Source: Paramoeba atlantica (taxonomy: Eukaryota; Protista; Discosea). From it: a stretch of 64,000 bases of DNA. Every line of letters starts with the position of its first letter. Position 1 is the stretch's first letter. The stretch spans positions 186,001-250,000 of the forward strand of contig CDRNVI010000164.1 in assembly GCA_977017575.1 (NCBI GenBank), in the 5' to 3' direction. The notes beneath the pieces are model-generated. The model saw nothing but the letters and a program-made list of their open reading frames with translations. It had not been told where the DNA came from and ran no database searches. Below, piece after piece: positions 45,001 through 58,000 of the stretch. The translations under genes were made by a program, and so were the position numbers.

Positions 45001-48000
45001 CTTCAATCTCTCTTCCTCTTCTTTCTTCTGTTTCTCTTCCTCCTCTTTCTTCAATCTCTCTTCTTCCTCTTCTTTCTTCTGTTTCTCTTCCTCTTCTTTC
45101 TTCAATCTCTCTTCCTCCTCTTTCTTCTGTCTCTCTTCCTCCTCTTTCTTCAATCTCTCTTCCTCTTCTTTCTTCTGTTTCTCTTCCTCTTCTTTCTTCA
45201 ATCTCTCTTCCTCCTCTTTCTTCAATCTCTCTTCCTCCTCTTTCTTCAATCTCTCTTCCTCCTCTTTCTTCAATCTCTCTTCCTCCTCTTTCTTCTGTCT
45301 CTCTTCCTCCTCTTTCTTCAATCTCTCTTCTTCTTCTTCTTTCTTTTGTCTCTCTTCCTCCTCTTTCTTCAGTCTTTCCTCTTCCTCTTTTCTTAATCTT
45401 TCCTCCTCTTCCTTCCTCAACCTTTCTTCTTCTTCCTTCCTCAACCTTTCTTCTTCCTCCTTCCTCAATCTCTCTTCTTCTTCCTTCCTTAATCTCTCTT
45501 CCTCTTCCTTCCTCAATCTTTCCTCCTCTTCCTTCCTCAATCTCTCTTCTTCTTCCTTCCTCAACCTTTCTTCTTCCTCCTTCCTCAACCTCTCCTCCTC
45601 TTCCTTCCTCAATCTCTCTTCCTCTTCCTTCCTCAATCTTTCCTCCTCTTCCTTTCTCAGTCTCTCTTCTTCTTCCTTTCTCAACCTTTCCTCCTCTTCC
45701 TTCCTCAATCTCTCTTCTTCCTCCTTCCTCAACCTCTCCTCCTCTTCCTTCCTCAATCTCTCTTCTTCTTCCTTCTTCAGTCGCTCTTCTTCCTCCTTCC
45801 TCAACCTCTCCTCCTCTTCTTTCTTCAGTCGCTCTTCTTCCTCCTTCCTCAACCTTTCTTCCTCCTCCTTCTTCAATCTCTCTTCCTCCTCCTTTCTCAG
45901 CCTCTCCTCCTCTTCCTTCCTCAATCTCTCCTCTTCTTCTTTTCTCTTTCTCTCTTCTTCCTCCTTCTTCAGTCGCTCTTCTTCCTCCTTCCTCAATCTC
46001 TCTTCCTCTTCTTCCTTTTTCAACCTCTCCTCTTCTTCCTTCCTCAACCTCTCCTCCTCCTCCTTCTTCAATCTCTCCTCTTCTTCCTTTCTCTTCCTCT
46101 CCTCCTCTTCCTTCCTCAATCTCTCTTCCTCTTCTTTCCTCAATCTTTCTTCTTCTTCCTTTCTCTTCCTCTCTTCCTCTTCCTTCCTCAATCTTTCTTC
46201 TTCTTCTTTTCTCTTTCTCTCTTCTTCTTCCTTCCTCAACCTCTCCTCCTCTTCTTTCTTCAGTCGCTCTTCTTCCTCCTTCCTCAATCTCTCTTCTTCT
46301 TCCTTCTTCAGTCGCTCTTCTTCCTCCTTCCTCAACCTTTCCTCCTCTTCTTTCTTCAGTCGCTCTTCTTCCTCCTTCCTTAATCTCTCTTCTTCTTCCT
46401 TCTTCAACCTCTCTTCCTCTTCTTTCCTCAACCTCTCCTCCTCTTCTTTCTTCAGTCGCTCTTCTTCTTCCTTCCTCAACCTCTCCTCCTCCTCCTTCTT
46501 CAACCTCTCTTCTTCCTCTTTTCTCAACCTCTCCTCTTCTTCTTTTCTCTTTCTCTCTTCTTCTTCCTTCTTCAACCTCTCTTCCTCCTCCTTCCTCAAC
46601 TTCTCTTCTTCTTCTTCTTTCTTCAATCTCTCTTCTTCTTCCTTCCTCAACTTCTCTTTCTCTTCCTTTTTCTTCCTCTCTTCCTCTTCCTTCCTCAATC
46701 TCTCTTCCTCCTCTTCCTTCCTCTTTTTTTCTTCTTCCTCTTTTCTCAATCGTTCTTCTTCCTCTTTTTTCTTTCTCTCTTCCTCTTCTTTCTTCAATCT
46801 CTCTTCTTCTTCTTTTTGGAGTCTCTCTTCTTCCTCTTTCTTCTGTTTTTCCTCTTTTTCCTTCTTGAGTTTCTCTTCTTCCTTCCTCTTTTTTTCTTCT
46901 TCCTCTTTTTTCAATCGCTCTTCTTCCTCTTTTCTCAATCGCTCTTCTTCCTCTTTTTTCTTTCTCTTTTCCTCTTCTTTCTTCAACTTCTCTTCTTCTT
47001 CTTTCTTCAATCTCTCTTCTTCTTCTTTCTTCTGTTTTTCCTCTTTTTCCTTCTTGAGTCTCTCTTCTTCTTTTTGGAGTCTCTCTTCTTCCTCTTTTTC
47101 CTTCTTGAGTCTCTCTTCTTCTTCTCTCTTCTGTCTTTCCTCTTCTTCTTTTCGCACCCTCTCTTCTTCTTCTTTCTTCAATCTCTCTTCTTCTTCTTTT
47201 TTCTTTTTCTCTTCTTCTTCTTTTCTCACCCTCTCTTCTTCCTCTTTTTTCAATCTTTCCTCCTCTTCTTTTCTCTTTCTCTCTTCTTCTACAAGATCAA
47301 CCACAATCTCGACTTCAATTCCTCTTTCCCCTTCGGCCTTCTCTTCTTTTTTTTTCAAGCGAGCTTCTTCTTCAAATAGCCCCCATCCTCCCTTTTCACC
47401 CTCTTTCTTTTTCTCCTCTTTCTCCTGCCCTTCAACTTTTTTGTTTTTTTCTTTTTTCTTCGCTTCAGCCTCTTCTTCGAAAAGTCCCCACCCTCCCCTC
47501 TCACTCTCCCTCTTTTCTTCTTTTTCCTCTTTTTCCTCTTTTTTCTCTTTATCTTTTTTCTCTTTCTCCTCTTTCATTACTTTGTCCATTAACTCTTTTG
47601 CTTCGCGTTCTCCTTCTTCCTCGAACTTCTTGAGCTCTTCTTTTTTGATTACTCTTTCTTCTTCTCTTTTTGGTCCAAAAGAAGAAGAGATTTTGGGAAT
47701 TGGAAGTGCAGCTGGAAGAAAAAAAAAGTAAGTTATTAAAAATTTCAACACAAAAAAGGATTTTGTTTTGAAAACAAACACCAAACAGAGACAAACAGAC
47801 AACCATACAAATTAATCGACCTTGAGGATGTAAACCCCAACAAACATCTCTCAAAATGATCTTATTTCGAAAAAACAGAGTAGGAAAAAATAGCAACAAA
47901 ATCCACACAATCCAAAGAAAACAACTCTCACTTTACAATAATTATCGAGTAAACTTTTTTTAACAAACACCTCTTTCGACCAAAGAATATTTTTTTCAGG

Positions 48001-48652
48001 ATATCTTAAATGTTTAAAAGAGAACAGAACAGAAAATGAACTTCTTCGAAAAAGATGGAGACAGACGGTACCAAAAAACGAACAAACTTTCCAGAAAAAC
48101 AGATCAAAAAAGAAAAAGAAAGAAACCTTTTGCCATTCCAATCGGAAAAAAACAACATAAAGAACCAAAATATTTCCCAAACAGAACACTTTCAAATAGA
48201 ACAAGAACAAGAATCCACAAATAATAAATAAAATCCAACAAAAATAAAAAAACCTTTTTCTTTACATTCATGAAGAACAACATCTTTAACAAGCATTTCT
48301 TCTTTACAAACAGAACATTTTACAGGAAAATCGTCAATTGGCCCCAATTCGTCCAGTGGATCCGATCTTGGCGGTTTGACCTCCCCACCTTGAAAAAAAA
48401 AGAGAGACGAATGAGTTCCGGTTTTGTGTGGAAAGAGAGAAAGAGAGGAAAGAAAAGAAAGAACAAAAAGAGAAAAGAGAAAAGAGAAAAGAGAAAAAGA
48501 AAAAGAAAAAGAAGACCTCTTCCTCCTCCTCTTCCACCAGCCCCTCTTCCTCTCCCAGCCCCTCTTCCCCTTCCGGCCCCTCCCCTCTCATTCCGACTCC
48601 TATCATCCCTCCTCTGCTGTGGTGGTGACTCTTTACTTTGTGACTGTCCCAT
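42033..48652 (-). CDS. Paralog B: putative N-myristoyl start, very long ER/K single-alpha-helix tract, 3 zinc ribbons, CPI motif, about 10 DPLAALKA[RK] repeats
   Basis: ATG 48652 gives MGQSQSKES. Giant exon about 47715-44405 of (EEEERL[RK]K)n plus YLC.KCNE.NE.EDVFCAECGHK x3. LSHFTKNRP; small DPLAALK exons; ends AVLRIDM* (TAA 42035-42033). Linkage of the 5' exons to the long exon is inferred. Confidence 0.72.
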
Positions 48653-48812
48653 CACTCACCCCCTTCTCCTCTCTCTTCTTTCTTTTTCACCTTTCTCTCT
48701 CTTTTCTCTCTCTCTTTCTTCTCTTATTTCTCTCTCTCTTTGACACGCCCCACCTCAAAGGGCTTTGACCCAAAATGCGCAAAAGCAAAACGCAAAATTC
48801 AACCAAAGGAAC

Positions 48813-48896
48813 GCTAATTTAGAAACCTAAAATTTAGCAATAGCCAGACTCTTTTCCCTTTTTTTAGAACTCATTTTTTAGACCTCTAAAATTAGC
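48813..48896. promoter_or_regulatory. Three GCTAAWTTTAG-like motifs in the divergent promoter between paralog B and VPS13
   Basis: GCTAATTTAG (48813), CTAAAATTTAGC (48827) and CTCTAAAATTAGC (48884). Confidence 0.45.
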
Positions 48897-49050
48897 TTGG
48901 CTTTTTCTTTTCTTGCGTTTTCTTGGCTTTTCGCAAGGAACGAAGAGAAAACTCCTCCACAAAGAGGAGAGAGAAAAGAGAGAGAGAGAGATCTTCTCTG
49001 GATGGTTTTGAGGGTTTTCTTGGTTTAGATTTGTTGTTGAATATCACAAC

Positions 49051-52000
49051 ATGTTGGAAGGAATTGTTGCTGATCTCCTCACTAAATACTTGGGGGATTA
49101 TGTTCAGGGATTGGATCAAGAGAACCTTCGTCTGAATGTTCTCTCGGGACAGGTCTTTTTCACTTTTTCTTCTCATTTTTTCCCCCTCTTCTCAACTTTT
49201 TCTTTGGTTTTTGTGTTTTAGGTAAAACTTCGCAATCTTCAACTGAAGAAATCAGCCCTCGAAGAAATCGATCTTCCAATCGAAGTAAAATTTGGTTTTC
49301 TTGGTGAATTGAGTTTGGACGTTTCTTGGAAAGCGCTCAGTTCTAAACCTGTTATTGTTCGAATTTCTGATATTTTTCTTCTCGCTTGCCCAACTTCTCG
49401 AAATCTTGACGAAGAAGAAGAACTTCGAAAAAAAAGAGAAAGAGGTTTCAGGCAAAAGAGGTTGATGCTCGCAGAATTGACTGGAGCAGATCCAATTGCT
49501 GACGCGAAAAAGGCTGACGAACCCCCCAAAACTGGTGATTCTTTTGCAGAGAGAGCAGTTAAGAAGATTGTTGACAACATACAAGTTTTTGTCGAGCGAA
49601 TTCATATTCGATTCGAGGATGATATCACTTCTTCTGATGGAATCCCATGGGCTATGGGAGTAACTTTGCAAGGGTTTCATGCCGAGTCCACAGATGAAGA
49701 AGGAAATCCCACTTTTATCTCTTCGAGTGGTGCGATTGTTCATAAATCTGTTACTCTGACCAATTTGGCAGTTTATCACGATTGTGGGAGCAAATTTATC
49801 GAGAATCTTGGACCACAAGCGGACATTCGAAAGATTTCAAAGAAGTATATTTACCAGACTGAAACAAAAGGGAAAGGTGTTACCTCTCGAAAGCTCCATC
49901 CAGGCAAACAAAGTGAAGGAGAGGGTGAAAACCCACCTCATCATTTCGTTCTTTCTCCATTGTCTTCCACGCTAAAGGCAAAGCTCAATTCAGATGATAC
50001 AAACTTCAATCTCCCAAAAATTGCTGCAGAATTGATTCTTCAATCGATCGATTTGTCTTTATCTCAGGCTCAATGGCGAACATTAGATGACTTCCTTGCG
50101 TGGACGAAGAATTTTCAAGTCTCTTCTCCTTATCGAGAATTGCGCCCTCCGATGTCCCCAAAACAAAACCCCTCTGCTTGGTGGAATTATGCTTATCAAT
50201 GTGTCGTAAAAGAAAACCAAAAAAAGAGACAAGTGTGGGATTGGGAGAGGTTAAAACAGAGGAAAATCTTACGAAAGAAGTATGTTGCGTTGTATAAGAA
50301 GAAACAACGAAAGACGATTCGTCCTGAAGGGTTGAAGGAGATAACGAGATTGGAGTTGGATGAAGAACTTTTGTCTGTCGAGGACATTTTGGTGTTTCGG
50401 AGTATTGCTTCAACTGTGTTGAAACAAGAGTTAGAACTAGAGAAAAAGACGAAAGAGGAAGAGAAAGCAAAAAAAGAAGAGGAAGGTTGGGGAGGGTGGG
50501 TGTCATCGTTTTGGGGCGGAGAAGAGAAAAAGCCTGAGAAAAAAGAAAAAAAGGAAGTTGCACAAAAAAAGAAACTCGAAGAAACTGTAGCTTTGGAAGA
50601 GAAAGTCTCTCAGAAATTATGGGACGAATTATACGCTGCTGTGGGTGATGAAGGAGAAGAAGGAGAAAAAGAAAAGAAGAAATCATTAATTAAAGTTCCA
50701 GATGATTACGTTAAAGTAAACGCAAATTTCGTCATCAATAATGTCTCCATTCGTCTCCTCGATTCTTCTTTTCCAAGCCCTGAAGAAGAACAACATTCAA
50801 ATCTCCTTGGCAAACTCCCCCATCTCTCTCCAATCCTCTCGATCGCTCTCCAAAACTTGAATCTCTCTCTCCACCAAAGAGAAACCTCTCTTTCTGCGAA
50901 AGGAGTTCTTCAATCAATCCAAATTTCAGACTTTATCTCTGCACCTGGTCTTGTTCTTCGATTGGTTGAGGAGAGTTCCGCTTTAGCTAAGAGCCGCTTA
51001 GTAACGAAAAGAGGGAAGGAAAGTGATTCTCTTTTATCGATTGAGTTTGATGATCATCCTCTTAAAATGCCAGATATTGACTATGCTTTGAAGTTGATCT
51101 CCAAGCCAGTGGATATTACTCTCGCTCGCCCAGTTTTGAAAAGATTGATGAAATTTTTTATCCAAGATACTCTTACTGAAGAAGACAAAAAACTCATCGC
51201 TTATTTGGGTCAATTAGAGAGTGAGAAGCAGAAAAAAGCGGAGAGAGAAAAGCTTGAAGAAAAGATATCTGATGTGGGAAAGAAGAAGGGAGGGGGAGGA
51301 GCAATTCTCCAAGCTTTGAATGACGCAGCTCAATACCAAATCGATGCTGCCAGACAAACTGCCGAAGCGCAATTGGAAGCAATGAAGTTGATGTTGGCAC
51401 AACAAAAGAAACCAAAAATCTTGTTGGATGTGTTGATTGAGGCTCCAAATGTGCTTATTCCACGAGATGTCGACGCACTTCTCTCTCGAATGGACCCTTC
51501 TTCTTCTTCTTCTCCCTCTTCGTCTTCTTCGGCTGTTGCCCATATCTCTTCCTCTTCGAAAGCCATTAGCTCTGCTGATTGTCTCCTTTTGGAATTGGGA
51601 TCCATCTCCATTTCTACGGTTGATCAACCAAAATCAGAAGAGGGATCAAAAGAAAAAGAAAATTTCTATGACCAATTTGCGATCTCTGTCACTGGAATGA
51701 GAGCCTCTTTCGCAGATTCTTCAATTTGCCATCTCGCAGATCTTGGAGGTGGAGCAATTAGCCTGTCCACTGGACCAATCCTCTTTTCAGATCATGGTCT
51801 TATCGAGAAAATTACTTTTGATGTGAAAGCTGGGGTGTGCAAACTCCCTGTTGGTCATCTCCCAAAAATTAAACTCGATATTCAATTTCCTTTGTTGGGT
51901 GTGGTTGTTTCTTCGACAAAGGTCAGAAAATTAATTGAGATTGCGAAGGGGTGGAAAGAATTTGGGGATTCTGCTCCTTTGGAGAGTGCGGCTCCTTCAT

Positions 52001-55000
52001 CTTCATCTTTGAGTATTCCCCAAACTTCTTCGACTCCTTCCTCTACTTCCTCTCCTTCACCATCTGCTGAATCTTCTGATCTTCCCCCTGAAGAAAAGCA
52101 AATTGAATTGAATTTTTCACTTGAAGAAGCCCGAATCACAATCGCTCGAGAGCACAAGGATCAATCCTCGGATCATGAGTTTTCTTCTGAACCTCTTCTT
52201 CTCTTCTCCTTGAAGAACACAAGTGTTTATTTCGAAAAGTCGAGTTACAAACAAAATGCGAACTTGGTCTTGGGGTCTTTTTCGGTGGAAGATTCTCTTC
52301 TTCCTCTCTCCGTCCCTCCTGAATTTCGTTACCTTTGTACTTCCTCGTCAAAATTTCACCAAAAATTGTCATCTTCTCAAATACAAGAAGAAGGAAAATT
52401 AGTGCTAATCGAATATGATGGGACCCCCTCTGATTCTCCCGTTTATGACAAAGCAGAAGCTGAACATGTCGTTAAAGTGGTCACTTCGACTCTCCATGTG
52501 AATGTGAATCGTCCTGTTATTGTTTCTGTATTGCAATTGTCAAAGGAGGTGGTGGATTCGTTGGCAATTCTCGGTCCCCCTCCCTCAAAAGAAGGTGAGA
52601 TCCAAGAGATTAATCAAGTCGAGAAAGAAGAGGGAGCTGAAAAACGAGAGTCACTGGAGAAAATCCGAAACCAAAATCGAAAATTTGTGAAATCGATAGT
52701 TCTCTCCTCTGCAGCAGAGGAATCGGTGAGTCCCTCTCCAGCTTCTTCTTCCTCTTCTACTCCTTCGATCCCAATGCTCAAAGCAAATGCCATTCTTGGT
52801 TCCGTCACTCTTTCTCTCAATATTGAAGAATACTCCGGTTCAGAACGAAACATTGAACATATCCAGAATATGAAGCAATTTCTGTTTGCTGGGCTTGGTT
52901 CTTCTGCTATTGATACGATTATTGGATCAAATGGTGAAATTGATTTGAAAGGAAATGTTGGTACAATTCAATTGAAAGATTTGAGAGAAGGAGTCTGTTG
53001 GCCTAATGTTGTGGCTATTCAAGAGAGCGAAAAACTAATTGATTTTGCTGTTAAAATTTCGAGTTCGCCTTCGATCCAACTGCCAAGAGGGTTACCTGCA
53101 GCAGCAGAAGAAGAGAAACTTGGAGAGAAAGAAAGAGAGAAAGAAGAAGAGGAAGATAGCCAGGAGGAAGGGGCGTTGGTCCCTCACCAATCTGGGGGAG
53201 GAAGAGGAGGACTTGTTTCTATTGGCCCTGTCCAAGTTATTGAAGCAAACGTTCAAATGAGTTCAGTTGAAGTTGTTGGGAAGTCAGAGCTCCTCCCAGA
53301 AGTTTTGGACTTTTTCGATATCTTTACGGAGATGCAGAAAGAGCTCGCAGTGAAGGCCGCTCCTCAAATGACTGTTGCTGTTCAACAACGACCTTCACCA
53401 CCTCAACCACAACAACAAATTTTGATCATCAAACTGAATGTCAAAATTAACAATTGTTTCGTCGTCGCGCCATTGGATACAAGCACTGCCAATTCACCCA
53501 TTGTTCGATTTGATTTTGGTCGAATTTCCATCTCAAACCAAGTCTTTTGCCACGTCCCAATGGTCCCCCAACTCGCCATTCCAATGGACCAAATGCTTGT
53601 AAAAATCGAAGATATGAAACTCCAAACATGTTTCCCATCTCATGAGTCACACGGTTTTCACCAAAAAAATCTCCAGGAGTATGTCTTAGCGGATACCAAT
53701 ATCTACATCGGTTTGATTCGTCCGTTGGTTTCTTTAGATGGATTAGTTGAGGAATTTTCGAGCCCTGGAATGCTCCCTGTTCCTCTTGCGATCTCTCTTG
53801 AAATCCCAAAGATCGAAGTTACTTTGGCTGAAGAACAGATTTACTTTTTGTTGGAAGTTGCGGTCAATTCGGTTAATGCGATGCAACAAAAAAAGAATCC
53901 TCCTCCTTCCCAAGAAGCAATTCCTTCTCCTTCTTCTGGTCCAGAAGAGGAAAAGAAGGTTGTTGAAGGAGATAGCGCCCGCCCATCCATGGATCTTAGT
54001 GTCTCTCTCGGTTTATTCTCAGTCTCATTAAGCCGTTTCGCAACCAAAGATGAAGAAGACCAAAAAGAAGAAGACCAAAAAGAAGAAGACCAAAAAGAAG
54101 AAGACAAAGAAACCAAAGTAATCGAAAAAGAGACAGATTACTCTCTTTCAGAAGGTGTGGTCTTATTAGAGATGAAAGAAATGAGACAAAAAATGACAAT
54201 GTATGTCGACGGGGGAATGCAAATCCTTTTATGTATTACCGAAATTGCTGTCGAAGATACGCGGCAATCTCCTTCCCAATTTCGAAAAATTCTTTCTCTC
54301 CACTCTCACTCTCACGCTGCTCATTCTCGTTTTTCTTCCTTTGATCCAGGATCAACACCAAACCGAGAGAGTGTCCATTCCTCTCTCCCTCCCTCTCTCT
54401 TGCTCTCTCCCTCTCCCTCTCCTCTCCCTCTTCATAAGAGAGAGAGTATTGATATGATTGTTGTGAGATTTAAGAAGGAAGTTGCTGTGAAGTGGGCGGA
54501 GGGGGCAAAGTTTGGTCATGAAACTATTCCTGGGATGGATATTGATGTTAGCATGAATAACCCGGAGGTTTTCTTTTCTCTTAGTCTTCTCAGATGATTA
54601 CTTTCTCTTTCTTTCTTCACTCTTTTTTTTAATTTTGTGTTTACAGATTAGTTTAGAACCGGAGGGAGTTTTCGAAATTTTAAAATTTGTTTTACAATTG
54701 TCCGATTCCTCTTTAAAAACTTTGGCAAAGATGTCTCCTCCTTCTCCTTCTCCTTCTCCCTCTTCCCCCTCTTCCCCCTCTTCTTCCTCTTCCTCTTCTT
54801 CCTCTTCTTCCTCTTCCCCCTCTTCTCCTTCTTCCTCCCCTCCCCCAGCACCCTCTCTAATGCACATCTCATTAGTCCTAATCAGACCAATCATTTTAGT
54901 GCCTTTTAAAGCCAACAATCGTTATAGTGAAAGATTGGGTGTTGTCTTAAATGTCGAGTTGAAGATGGATTTCTTTCCTGAGGAAGTTTTGTCTTCTTCT

Positions 55001-58000
55001 TCTTCTTCTTCTTTTGTGGTTGGTCAAAGTCTTGATGTGAAAATTGATCAGCTTCGTCTTTTTAAAGATGGGGTTATTATCGAAGAGAAAGAAGAAAGAG
55101 AGGAAAAAGAGCATTTGGAGAGGTGGAGAGAGATTATTCTTTATCCTTCAAAGCTGCAATTAACTTACTCTGCTATCCCCACAAGGTTTCTCTTTCATCT
55201 CTTATTTCTTCTCTCTTATTCTGATGAGGAACTTACATTCACTTTTTCTCCTTTCTCTTTCTTCTCTCACAGACAACAACTTATCGTGGCAGAAGGAGAA
55301 ACAATTGATTTTGCGATTTCATTCAGCGATGTTAAGTCACTCTTAAAATTACAAGAAACTTGGATGGGGAAATTGGCTGATTTTAATGGGTTTATGAGCA
55401 AGAGAGGGGAGGGAGAGAAAGAAGGGGAGAAAGGAGGAGAGAAAGAAAAGAAGAAAGAAGGAGAGATCGAGAAGAAAGAGAAGGAAGAGAGTCCATCTTC
55501 TTCAATGACAGAATCTGTGTCTTTTTCGTTTCAATTTATTGGGATTACAATCATTGATGATTCGAAAGAAGTTCTTCAAACTCGTGGTGAAGTTCCTCTT
55601 GTTCGAGTTTATCTCAAGGTTAACCTGTTTCTTTTTTTTTCTTTTTTTTCTTTTTTTTTGAAACTATTTTCTCCAAAGTTTCTCTCTCTTTTCTCCTTTT
55701 CTCTTTTAATCTTTTGTTTTTGAAGACCCTGAGTGGCGGAGCAAGCAATTGGAGTAATCCTGATCTTCTAGAAGCTCAAGTCTCTCTCCCAACGATTCAT
55801 GCCGACTTTTTTAATGATGTGATGGAGGTTCCACTGATTTCTTTTCCCCTTCCTGATTCATTCTTTCTCATTCTTTTCCTTTTTTTTTTAGGATTGGGAA
55901 CCAATTCTTGAAAAATGGGAATGCGGATTTCGTCTTGTCCCTCTCGAACAAGAAGGACAAATTGAAGAAATTGATTCTTCTTCTTCCGCTTCTTCTTCCT
56001 CTCTTTCGACTACCTCTTTCCCTTCGATGCCAGAAATCCCCACTTCCGAACAAAAGAAAGGAATGGCCATCTCGATTTGTTCTCCCTCGATTATGAATAT
56101 CAACTTTTCCAAACAAATGTTGTCATCTTTGTTAAGGACTTTACGATCATGGTCCAATGAGAACATTGAAGGTGAAGAGGGAGAGGAATCGTCTGTCGAG
56201 GGAGGGGAAATAGCTCTGCGAACTTCTTCTATTTCTTTGAAGAAAAAGAAAAAGAGAGGGGGATACTTTATTCGAAATTTAACTGGATTTAATGTTTATT
56301 GGGCTGCACATAAAGATCTTGATTCTGAAGAGAAGAAAGAGGAAGAACAAGAGGGAGAGAGAGTAGAGGTTCGGGTGTTGCCTGATAATGCTCAACAACC
56401 ATTAGGTTTTTTTTATGATTTGTTTCTTTATTATTGAGAAAAAAGAAAGAAGAAAAGAAGGTTTTGAGAAAAGAAAAGTCCAAAAGAAGGAGAAAAAAAA
56501 TGAAACTCAAGTGTTTGTTAGGTCGAGGATTCCGTCGAAGAGGGAGAAGAGTTGGTGCTTCTTCTTCATTTGCCCAAGCCTCTGTCTTAGAGTCTTATTT
56601 TGTTTCATTGGAGATGGAATACTTCCTCCCCCCGCCTTCACCAGAAAATCCAGCAAGTTTGTATTCATTTTGTAAAAAGAAAAAAGAGAAAGAAAATAGA
56701 AAAAAAAAAATCGCGAAAAAAAAATAGCGAAAAAATAAGAGTTGATTGACTACGATGGGACTTGAACCCACAACCTTCGGCACCGTAGACCGACACTCTA
56801 CCAATTGAGCCACGCAGTCATTTCTTGTTATTGCTATGAAAATTTAACTTAGTTATATGAAATATTGCGTCGGATTCTTTCTCAGCTTTTTTTTTTTCAG
56901 GGTCACAAAAGGAGGAAGGACCCCCGCATATCCAATTAGATCATTCTGACGAAAGTGAAGTTGATCAAGTTTTTTCTTTTCTTCCTTTTCTTTCTCCCCT
57001 CTCTCTTCCTTCTCCCTTCTCCTTTTTCATTCTCTCTCCCTCCAGTCTGGGCCGATTATCCTCCCAGTCCAAAACATTTCCCTCAAAAGAATCGGAAACT
57101 ACATGGCCAAACTTCCCCAACTCAACATGATTTGCGAAGTCTCTTCCGTTGAGACATCAAAAATTCTTATTATCCGTTCCCCTCTCACTTTTAAGAATTC
57201 CACTTCTATTTCTCTTTCTCTTCTTTTGACTTTACCTTCTGTTGTTTCGTCTGGAAGCTATCCTGTGATGACATCATTTTCTTCGATTGTAAAGGCAGGA
57301 GAGAGTTATTCAATCCCATTTCAATTTTTGAGTGGTGGACAAATTAAGATTTGTCCGATACCATCTCAGGTAATTTGATTTTCTCTTTTTTTTAAAAAAA
57401 AAAAATATGATTGAATCGATCAACTTAATCAATAAAAACAGAATGAAGATGGTGATGATTATCTTGATGCTCAAAAATTCCTCCTTTCTAAATCAATTGG
57501 GTCATCAAAAGAAGTAGAAGATGAGGCAATATCTTCGCCTTACAACTGGTCCCGTCCACTGGACGTCGAAGATGCTTTCGCCTCCATTCGAGATTACAAA
57601 TTCAGAAAATCAAAAGAAAAAGGAGGAGATGGAAATTATGTCCTTGCAGGGTGTCACAGTTTATGTAATGCGATGTGTAGGTTGAAGAAGGGAGAGAGAG
57701 AGGAGAGATGGGAGGAAGAGAGAGAAGAGGGAGAGGAAGAAGAGTTTGTTGAGTCGAATTTGTTGTTGTCGCCGAAGATTGAGAGGAGAAAGAAAGAGTG
57801 GCCGAGAATTTGGAATGGTTTTCTTGGGTGGGAGGAGAGAGAGATATTGACTTTGATGAATGATGATGATTCTATTTTGAAAGGTTTATTTTTATGAATT
57901 TTAATTTACTTTCTAATGCATTGTCAATATTTTAATACCAAAAATATCTTCTTTATTTAAAATGAATTAAAACTATTCATGACTCATAAAAATAAATTAG

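Noticed and set aside
44822-47731. 969-aa plus-strand Ser/Phe/Leu ORF
   Set aside because: Same shadow effect, opposite the SAH exon of paralog B.
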